A stretch of 15,679 nucleotides of DNA, taken from Fidelibacterota bacterium (GTDB lineage Bacteria > Fidelibacterota > Marinisomatia > Marinisomatales > TCS56). The stretch is from the NCBI GenBank assembly GCA_043822705.1, contig JBDRBK010000122.1:1-15679 (forward strand), read 5' to 3'. The first letter of the stretch is position 1, and every line of letters starts with the position of its first letter. Under the pieces are notes generated by a model that saw only the letters and a list, made by a program, of their open reading frames with translations, had not been told where the DNA came from and searched no databases. This document shows, piece after piece, positions 1 to 6,550 of this stretch. A program made the translations under genes and the position numbers.

Positions 1-1
1 A

Positions 2-445
2 CTGCTGCACACATTCCATTACGCCTACCGCAACGATGAACTGCTGGCCGCGCGGGTGTCGGCCATCGCCGATGGCACCGGTCATCCCGATATGATCCAG
101 GATTTGAACGATCTGTCCCTGCTGGGCAAGGCCAATCCCGATCCGCTGACGGCGATCGGGTTCGATCTGACGACCCTGGATACGGCGGCGGCCACCGCCG
201 ATGAAATGGCGAGCCTGTTATCCGAAGCCACGGCCGTGCGCAGCGATCTGAACGCCGAGCGGGTGATCCGCGATAAGGCCTATACCTACCTGAAACAGGC
301 CCTGGATGAAATCCGCCAGTGCGGCCAGTACGTATTCTGGCGCGACGAGAGCCGCCTGCGCGGTTATGTCAGCCGCTACTTCAAGACCCGGCGTCGCAAA
401 AACAGCGGCAAATCCGAAGCCGCATCAGACAATACTGAAGATTAG
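2..445 (+). CDS. Hypothetical alpha-helical protein, 5'-truncated by the window edge
   Basis: The frame of the 56..445 ORF is open back to position 2 (LLHTFHYAYRNDELLAARVSAIADG...). Codon usage is GC3-rich, it ends at TAG 443-445 and a strong terminator follows. No family recognised. Confidence 0.8.
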   Translation: MLHTFHYAYRNDELLAARVSAIADGTGHPDMIQDLNDLSLLGKANPDPLTAIGFDLTTLDTAAATADEMASLLSEATAVRSDLNAERVIRDKAYTYLKQALDEIRQCGQYVFWRDESRLRGYVSRYFKTRRRKNSGKSEAASDNTED

Positions 446-476
446 CCGGTAAGCCTGCGGTCAGCGATCGACCCCT

Positions 477-510
477 GACAGGGGCGGATGTACTCCGCCC
501 CTGTCTTTTA
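477..510 (+). terminator. Rho-independent terminator
   Basis: Perfect 12-bp stem GACAGGGGCGGA (477-488) / TCCGCCCCTGTC (494-505), 5-nt loop, then TTTTA; about 30 bp after the stop of the + strand CDS. Confidence 0.85.
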
Positions 511-562
511 ATTGGCGTAGCTGATACAGCGGGAAATAATTGTTCGCCGGACAGCCGCTGTC

Positions 563-676
563 GTCATTTCGATTCCGACTCGTCGGGAGAGTACTTTACC
601 ATGGCGAACTGACTTTCTTACCCGGACACAGAAGATACTTCGACAGCCCCGGAAGCCGGGACTGCTCAGTATGACA
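563..676. repeat. Inverted pair of REP-like palindromic elements (BIME-like)
   Basis: Unit 1: GTCATTTCGATTCCGACTCGTCGGGAGAGTACT (563-595, internal hairpin CCGAC-TC-GTCGG). Unit 2: AGATACTTCGACAGCCCCGGAAGCCGGGACTGCTCAGTATGACA (633-676, internal hairpin CCCGG-AAG-CCGGG). The outer ends GTCAT/ATGAC are inverted. Resembles the GTCAT..GAGC..CGAAG..TCT type of intergenic repeat (recognised by pattern; copy number cannot be tested here). Confidence 0.55.
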
Positions 677-925
677 GTAACCTTATGATTACGGACGTCA
701 GACTGGGATATAAACAGATCAGTGTTTATCTTTTGAATATGCCGGGAAGTTCTAATTCGCTCTTCCCGCATTATTCCCGGTTGGAAGCTACCGACAAAAA
801 TATATAGTCTTTGAACAAGCAAAAACTATATCTGAGTATCCTAATTTTCTCCTATAAATTACCATTTTTCGACTTCCACACTATACTGTTGTGCCACCAG
901 CATTCGACAGCCGTGTCAATAGGTA

Positions 926-1666
926 TTAGTCATTTCTAATATTTGGTTTTCTTCCACGATTTACTATTCCATTCGGTAATCGATAAAAATACTCAATAAT
1001 TACAGTTTGGGAAAATTTAATCATATTTACAACAGCATTACCAATTAATGAAATTGCCTTCTCTGTGGTATAACCAGTCTCCTTAATTCTTTGGTCAATT
1101 AAATTAATTCTAATGTCGTCAGCAAAAATCCATCTTGAATCTCCAAGAGCAGATCCTTTTTGATGTAACTCCCCAAATTGCTCGTCCAATTTTCCCCATA
1201 CATTTACCCAATCTTTTGAATCTAACGTAGGATAATGAATAAATATATCCCGAATTGGTTTGACAATTGTTTTTAAGAGCGATTCATCCCATGGCTCAAA
1301 ATCATTTTTCATTTGATTTAATTGATTTTCTGTAGAAAGTGGAAGAGATTCTATAAATGATGATATTTCCGGATGTTTTAGTGTTTTTGAATAATATTTT
1401 GCAGCTTCACGGTAATGTGCACATGTCAACCACAGATAATAAGATACTTCAGGTGTACCTTTTTGAGGATGTTTATCAAATTCATCTATCAAATTTCTAT
1501 TTGACAATATTAAATCGTTTGTGATTAAAGCCAATGTTGAAATCCAATTTGATAGAATTTTATTAGACGGAAAAGCATACTTAAATGGGAAATTAATCCA
1601 GTAACCAAACCTAAATAGATAGCTCATTTCTATTTTATTTATTAATCTTTTTATAGATAACAACAT
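926..1666 (-). CDS. Uncharacterised 246-aa protein with a putative HEPN Rx4H motif (gene cassette 2)
   Basis: Long ORF in very AT-rich DNA. Motif IRDIFIHY (R-x4-H, about 1235-1252) sits in an apparently helical protein. The ATG lies 7 nt after a GTTAGGT core site with no obvious Shine-Dalgarno. The HEPN call is inference. Confidence 0.75.
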   Translation of the reverse strand: MLLSIKRLINKIEMSYLFRFGYWINFPFKYAFPSNKILSNWISTLALITNDLILSNRNLIDEFDKHPQKGTPEVSYYLWLTCAHYREAAKYYSKTLKHPEISSFIESLPLSTENQLNQMKNDFEPWDESLLKTIVKPIRDIFIHYPTLDSKDWVNVWGKLDEQFGELHQKGSALGDSRWIFADDIRINLIDQRIKETGYTTEKAISLIGNAVVNMIKFSQTVIIEYFYRLPNGIVNRGRKPNIRND

Positions 1667-1673
1667 TAGCAGT

Positions 1674-1772
1674 ACCTAACGGTGTTGTAAATGACCGGCC
1701 AGGCCCATAATTTAACCGGTGGCTTTCCGATGTAATTCACTAATTCGGATCCGATTGATTTGCTGGTTATAC
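1674..1772 (-). mobile_element. attC-like integron cassette recombination site (99 bp)
   Basis: Minus strand: R'' GTATAAC (1772-1766, containing the upstream TAA stop), then CAGC-AAAT-C-AATCGG ... CCGGTC-ATTT-ACAACACC, then R' GTTAGGT (1680-1674). TAAC pairs with GTTA, AAAT pairs with ATTT next to one extrahelical base, and the length is within the usual attC range. The L'-R' spacer is a few nt longer than canonical. Confidence 0.7.
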
Positions 1773-3404
1773 CACATTATCGTTCTTGAATGTAAAAGTA
1801 TGTTTTATTGCTTTACCTTCTTTTAGCTTTGATTTTCTCGCCTCATTCCTTATTAAAAAAACAAAATTAAATATTGCTGATCGAGTAAATTGTAATATTT
1901 GTAGAGATTTATCTTCAAAATAATTTTTATCTACATATATCATATAAGGGCTACTTTTATAAATATTAAAAATATCCCCGCCAATTTCATTTTCACTCAA
2001 TAGGGAAAGTTGATTATGCTCTAGTGCATTCCTCCAAGACTTAAAGAAATACCACTCACCAGTTTTTGAATTCAAGTCAGTAGCTTGTGTATATAAGGCA
2101 ACTAAAGAAATATTTTGTATTGAGTTGATCTTATCCCAACGGGTTTTTTGTTTCGTCTTGGGTTTGCATTTTTGTGGTTTCCAGAAACTTTCAAAATAAA
2201 TTGACTCGTTCTCATCTGACAAGTCAAACATAAAACATATTGCACTAGCAATTTTATCTAGAATGCCAAAACACAATCTAAAACTAGTCCGAATCATTTC
2301 TGACTTGGTGCCTAAATATTCTGAATCATATAACTCAGTGAACATAACTTCAGAATCGTATTTAGTGATTTCATTTTGATTAGTGTCAATAGAGTAAAAA
2401 TAAAGTAACCTTGCAAAAGAATATTCCGATTTTAACCGATTTAATACTTTTTCCATTATAGGGATGAAATCAGAATCGAAGGGTTGAAAAGGAGTACATA
2501 TATTTAAACTATCTCGCCTAGCACCTATACAATTACAATATAATGAATGTTCGGATAAAGTAAGATGTTTGTTAATGCAAAACTGTCTATAAAGAGAAAG
2601 CGATTCGAATTCTTTTCTAGTTTCTTCAAGCTCTTGATGAATATTACTAATATCAAATCCGAGTTTGAGTAAAGAAGTTTTTAATTTGTGCGATTCCGAT
2701 TTCCATGTATCAATTAACCATTTAGGAATTTCTTTGGTCATAGATGCCTTTTTATAACCATTCTGTGCTTGATAAATCATATTTTTTGTAAAAACGCCGG
2801 ATATATCTTTTAATCGCATTAACTCTTTTGCACGAGAAGCATTGGCTTTAGGAAAGGATGGGTATTTTTCTAATACTTCATCATAATATTGCAGGGACTC
2901 AACAATACGACCACAACAACTCAGAGTATTTGCAAGGTTTACTACCAACTGTGGGGTAAATGTTCCCATTTCGTCAATAGATAATTTGAATGATTTCCAA
3001 TAATGATTCTTTGATTCTATTAAATACTGGATATTTTTAGGGAAATATTGAAATCCAGTTTCTTCTCTTTGTATTTTGAATAAAGTACTTTTAGCATTTC
3101 CTAAATTGTATTCAATGCTACTTTCTAAAATAATATGTTTTATTTCCTCTTTTTCATTTTCTATTATTTGGAGTCCATCGAGAGCAGCTTGTTTTATTTT
3201 ACCTTCTTCTCCGATATCAATTAGAAAGCCAGCTAGTTCGATCTTTAAAAAATAATCCTCTCTTGTTTTACAATTCGTTAAGCTTTCTAAACGTTTACTT
3301 ATTTTTTCAGTGGCAAGTATATAATCCCTATTATTGTAAAGAATAGTGATCTCGTCAACCAACTTCTTATCCGATTCTGAATAATATTTGGAAAGTTTAT
3401 TCAT
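1767..3404 (-). CDS. LA2681-family-like HEPN domain protein with an N-terminal TPR region (gene cassette 1)
   Basis: 545 aa, AT-rich. TPR-like segment VVNLANTLSCCGRIVESLQYYDEVLEKYPSFPKANASRA. C-terminal motifs YRQFCINKHLTL, LNRLKSEYSFAR, SFRLCFGILDKIA and WRNALEH (Rx4H, about 2016-2033) match my recollection of LA2681-like HEPN proteins. Confidence 0.85.
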   Translation of the reverse strand: MNKLSKYYSESDKKLVDEITILYNNRDYILATEKISKRLESLTNCKTREDYFLKIELAGFLIDIGEEGKIKQAALDGLQIIENEKEEIKHIILESSIEYNLGNAKSTLFKIQREETGFQYFPKNIQYLIESKNHYWKSFKLSIDEMGTFTPQLVVNLANTLSCCGRIVESLQYYDEVLEKYPSFPKANASRAKELMRLKDISGVFTKNMIYQAQNGYKKASMTKEIPKWLIDTWKSESHKLKTSLLKLGFDISNIHQELEETRKEFESLSLYRQFCINKHLTLSEHSLYCNCIGARRDSLNICTPFQPFDSDFIPIMEKVLNRLKSEYSFARLLYFYSIDTNQNEITKYDSEVMFTELYDSEYLGTKSEMIRTSFRLCFGILDKIASAICFMFDLSDENESIYFESFWKPQKCKPKTKQKTRWDKINSIQNISLVALYTQATDLNSKTGEWYFFKSWRNALEHNQLSLLSENEIGGDIFNIYKSSPYMIYVDKNYFEDKSLQILQFTRSAIFNFVFLIRNEARKSKLKEGKAIKHTFTFKNDNVV

Positions 3405-3412
3405 ATTGATAA

Positions 3413-3419
3413 GTATAAC
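3413..3419 (-). mobile_element. Cassette core (recombination) site GTTATAC at the start of cassette 1
   Basis: GTTATAC lies 8 nt upstream of the ATG and is the exact reverse complement of the GTATAAC inverse core site at the end of the same gene, as expected for an integrated gene cassette. Confidence 0.6.
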
Positions 3420-3594
3420 CGGGCTGTAGTTTAGCCCCGACTCGTAAGAAAATTTTCGTTTTATGTAAGCTTATCTACTCCATTCAAGAGTTTGTAGCAC
3501 TATGCGACCTTAAAAAGCAGATGTTCTCCGCAGCATTGTTTGTATTGGCACTAGTTGGTAGATTATTCTGAATAGCATTTCATTTAAATCCTAA

Positions 3595-3762
3595 ATGATC
3601 ATCCACTCCCCGGAAACAATCGACAGCGTGGTTCCCGCATCCGGTATCGTGAGCGAGTTTAGCTACTTAAGGGACTGGCTGCAAGCGCTATTTGCTATTG
3701 TCCAGAATGTATCGAAAGGAATTTCGAATCTACGGCACACTGCCGCTACAATAGTGTTATAA
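3595..3762 (+). pseudogene. Possible decayed tyrosine-recombinase fragment (55-aa ORF, absent from the ORF track)
   Basis: Translates as MIIHSPETIDSVVPASGIVSEFSYLRDWLQALFAIVQNVSKGISNLRHTAATIVL*. NLRHTAAT resembles box II (HxLRH) and SGIVSEFSYL resembles box I (TGxRxSExxxL) without the Arg. The spacing is far too short for an intact enzyme, and the resemblance could be chance. Confidence 0.25.
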
Positions 3763-3969
3763 CCGTTTTAACGGTTTATTGATGGTAAGGCCGCAAACGG
3801 CCTATAGTATTATTAGCTAATACTTTCCCAGCCCTTAAGAGCCGGGCTTTGGAATTGGCATTTGGCTGCCCAGTTAGGAATGTCATGACTACTGTACCCG
3901 TCAATTGACAACTACCTGGTGACTCTACTCCTAATCCACTCCGTTCAGCCCCTCCGCTCATTACTCCAT

Positions 3970-4001
3970 AAAAAAAGCCCAATCAACTGACCAGGCCTTT
4001 T
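3970..4001 (-). terminator. Probable rho-independent terminator after the tRNA
   Basis: Minus strand AAAAGGCCTGGTCA-GT-TGATTGGGC-TTTTTTT: a stem with several G-U pairs followed by a 7-T run, directly 3' of the tRNA. Confidence 0.6.
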
Positions 4002-4003
4002 AG

Positions 4004-4078
4004 TCGGGGTGGGGAGATTTGAACTCCCGACCTCTTCGTCCCGAACGAAGCGCGCTAACCGGGCTGCGCTACACCCCG
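4004..4078 (-). tRNA. tRNA-Pro(CGG)
   Basis: Minus strand CGGGGTGTAGCGCAGCCCGGTTAGCGCGCTTCGTTCGGGACGAAGAGGTCGGGAGTTCAAATCTCCCCACCCCGA. Acceptor stem CGGGGTG/CACCCCG, anticodon arm CTTCG-TTCGGGA-CGAAG, T-loop TTCAAAT. CCA is not encoded (followed by CTA). Confidence 0.98.
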
Positions 4079-4094
4079 AAAATGCTGTTTAAAA

Positions 4095-4132
4095 GCGCGC
4101 TGAATCTAAACCTGTCGCCGCTTCCTTGCCAG
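4095..4132 (-). promoter_or_regulatory. Candidate sigma70-type promoter of the tRNA
   Basis: CTGGCA (4132-4127), 18-nt spacer, TAGATT (4108-4103), then GC-rich discriminator-like CAGCGCGC, about 20 nt upstream of the tRNA. Confidence 0.35.
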
Positions 4133-4196
4133 CTAAATGAGATATTTTATCAGCACAAATCCGGCTACCTTGGCACCGTGCAGGCGGTTGCCATTA

Positions 4197-4781
4197 TTAA
4201 AAAATATGGGAATTCAAAATAACGGTCGGTCCCTCTCCCGCTGCTCTTTTAATCAGGCCGACACCGGGTGCAAATATATGGAACATCTCATCATCCACAT
4301 ATTGTGGAATGTCGAAAAACAATTCAATACAGTCGTAGAATTTTCCGGCGGGAGTCTCGACGGAATCCAGAGTGCTCGATGTTATGCTGAAATAAGCCTC
4401 GCTGCTACCTGAACCGACCGGATCAATATAGGTGCCACCGTCCGCCAGCGTGAAATCATAAAAAAGGTAGTCCTGTCCGTTGCGGTATCTGAATACCCTG
4501 TCTTCCCCTTCCGGACGTAAGGTGTCGTTAAACACAACCGGGTTTGCTTCATTATACCGCCGGGTTTCCGTCATGATAAAATACCGTTTGTCTCCGATTT
4601 GGATTTGTCCGGTGACCTCACGTTTCATACAAGGATTATCCGGCGATCCGGTTTCATCGTACAGCCAGACATACCCCAACTCCAGCGGGAATTAATTTTC
4701 AATATTTTCTTCGTTATCGGCAGTGTTACATCCAAACCCGGCCAACAGAACAATGAGTATTATTAATGTTTTTCGTCTCAT
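4197..4781 (-). pseudogene. Lipoprotein gene (194 codons) interrupted by an in-frame TAA at codon 30
   Basis: ATG at 4781 gives MRRKTLIILIVLLAGFGC (signal peptide, lipobox Cys18) NTADNEENIEN*FPLELGYVWLY, in frame with the 4197..4679 ORF. The stop at 4692-4694 sits where Tyr of a YFPLxxGxxWxY motif is expected. Downstream VETPAGKFYDC and FAPGVGLIK motifs are typical of this beta-rich secreted or lipoprotein type. Confidence 0.8.
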
Positions 4782-4812
4782 ATTATCGTGTATCGTACTT
4801 GCGGCCGTACTG

Positions 4813-5730
4813 TCACAGACCTAAATAATAAGTGATGCCAAGCGAAATAACATTGGCAAATGTATAGTCGTAATCCACCTGATCTTTATAGTAGACTACA
4901 TAATAACCACCCATGACCGGAACATCGTACCTTGTGTACGAAGCTTTTATTGCCTGATAGTCCAACCTCAGACTGGTTCGTTTAAAGAGAAACAACTCCG
5001 CCCCTAATCCGAAAGAATGTATTGCGGAACTGCGACTCCAATCTCCTGCTCCTTTATATTCACCCATGTCATACCAGGTTGCCGTGCTCGCCAAAGTAAC
5101 GGCGTAGCCCATGCTATCAGCATATTCGGTTGCCGCAGAATGAAAAGACTGCCAGCCCTGGCCGATGCCAAACGATCCGTACAAACAGAGATTAAGATCT
5201 TTGAAAGGAAGAACGCCGAGGATCAATCTGATTTCCCACTGCGAATTCTGGCGTTCTGTCTGGGGAAAACTCAGGTCCAAAATGTCATGCGTTGTATACC
5301 AGTCGCCGCTGACCGTGTCGACGTTGTGATGTGATCCCTCAAATTGTTCCGAACCGTCGGGATGAGAAATCCGGCCGTAGCTGCCTTCAATAGCGGCCAG
5401 GAACCAGTCCCAATGCGTCTGCCACCCGACCGCACACCCCAACCCCGGTGCCGGCTGAGGACTATTAAAGCCCTGTGGGAAAAAGGAAGAGCCGTTAACG
5501 ATAGCATTTCCGGTAGCGAGGTGCACTTCATATTGTGCCGGGTATGAAACACTGGAGTATAATGATTGTTGTACGGTAAAATAATAGCCCTTCGCAATTC
5601 TGCCTTCTCGTGGTTGACCTCGAAGCCCGGTAAATCCAAGTACAGCTATTATGAAACATAAGGCGGAAGGACTAAATCTGACCACTCGATGCAGAGTGAA
5701 TATGTAGAAGATATTTATATGAGCCTCCAT
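4813..5730 (-). CDS. Putative outer-membrane beta-barrel protein
   Basis: 305 aa with an N-terminal hydrophobic stretch, amphipathic beta-strands (GLGCAVGWQ, LYGSFGIGQGW, FGLGAELFLFKRTSLRLDYQ) and a C-terminal ISLGITYYL strand. Start codon uncertain. Confidence 0.7.
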   Translation of the reverse strand: MEAHINIFYIFTLHRVVRFSPSALCFIIAVLGFTGLRGQPREGRIAKGYYFTVQQSLYSSVSYPAQYEVHLATGNAIVNGSSFFPQGFNSPQPAPGLGCAVGWQTHWDWFLAAIEGSYGRISHPDGSEQFEGSHHNVDTVSGDWYTTHDILDLSFPQTERQNSQWEIRLILGVLPFKDLNLCLYGSFGIGQGWQSFHSAATEYADSMGYAVTLASTATWYDMGEYKGAGDWSRSSAIHSFGLGAELFLFKRTSLRLDYQAIKASYTRYDVPVMGGYYVVYYKDQVDYDYTFANVISLGITYYLGL

Positions 5731-5935
5731 TCGAAAAGGATAGCATTGGCCGGGCCGCCTGACATATGCTTACCGGACTTGGATCCTGTCGGACCTGCCG
5801 GTGAAGTAATGGTTAATATAAGTGATTTTCTGTTGGTTATCATACCTGCGCATAATACCGTAACTCCCTGTTAATCGAAAGTTATATAGCCGACATCTGT
5901 AAAGCAAAAGGAATATTAGCGTTAATGGGCGCTCT

Positions 5936-6550
5936 TTAAACCAGATATTTTATCAGCACAAAGCCGCCGACCAGCAGGATCGTGAAAACGATCACCACCA
6001 GGTTAAAATAACGATCGATGAACTCCCGGATCGATTCGCCGAATTTCCAGATCAGTCCCGCCACTAGAAAGAAGCGCGCCGAGCGGCTGATGATCGAGGC
6101 GATCAGGAACAGCGGGAAATTAATGTCGAAAGCGCCGGCGGTAATCGTGAAAACCTTGTAGGGGATCGGCGTGAAACCGGCGGTAAAGATGATCCAGAAA
6201 TTCCATTCGTTGTATTTATCCTGGATGCTGTAGAACAGCGTTTCGGTAAAGCCCGGAATGTGGGCGAAAAAGAACTGCGCCAGACCGGAAAATTCGGCGC
6301 CGTTGCTCCACCAGGCGAACTGGCCGATCAGGTAGCCGAAGATCGCCCCCAGCACCGAGGCGGCGGCGCAGTTGAGGGCGAAGCGGAACGATTTCGCCAG
6401 CGCTCCCAGGCACAGGGCGATCAGCAGGGCGTCCGGCGGCACCGGGAAAAAGGAAGCCTCGGCAAAGGCCAGGATAAACAGCGCCAACGGTCCGTAGGGC
6501 GACTCCGCCCAGCTTAATACCCAGTCGTACAGTCTCCGAAAAATCTTCAT
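5936..6550 (-). CDS. DedA/YqaA family (SNARE-associated, VTT domain) membrane protein
   Basis: Motifs LAFAEASFFPVPPDALLI, SVLGAIFGYLIG and AGFTPIPYKVFTITAG...RSARFF. ATGA overlap with the upstream gene. Confidence 0.93.
   Translation of the reverse strand: MKIFRRLYDWVLSWAESPYGPLALFILAFAEASFFPVPPDALLIALCLGALAKSFRFALNCAAASVLGAIFGYLIGQFAWWSNGAEFSGLAQFFFAHIPGFTETLFYSIQDKYNEWNFWIIFTAGFTPIPYKVFTITAGAFDINFPLFLIASIISRSARFFLVAGLIWKFGESIREFIDRYFNLVVIVFTILLVGGFVLIKYLV

Noticed and set aside
508..822. 104-aa minus-strand ORF
   Set aside because: TTG start, no recognisable motifs, and it runs through REP-like palindromes into the terminator; likely spurious.
880..919. Perfect TTGACA (-35) on the minus strand at 919-914
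   Set aside because: No -10 hexamer at 16-18 nt spacing; the nearest TATAGT is 28 nt away.
1..4003. Prophage/ICE with an attL/attR duplication of the tRNA 3' end
   Set aside because: No direct repeat of the tRNA 3' end and no intact integrase, phage or conjugation genes seen in the window.
3776..4412. Short ORFs 3776..3982, 4019..4222 and 4137..4412
   Set aside because: They overlap the tRNA, its terminator or the antisense strand of the lipoprotein gene, and show no protein-like features.
4692..4694. Stop-codon reassignment or readthrough as the explanation for the in-frame TAA
   Set aside because: TAA terminates several clearly complete genes in the window (e.g. DedA at 5936, HEPN gene at 1767); a point mutation or sequencing error is simpler.
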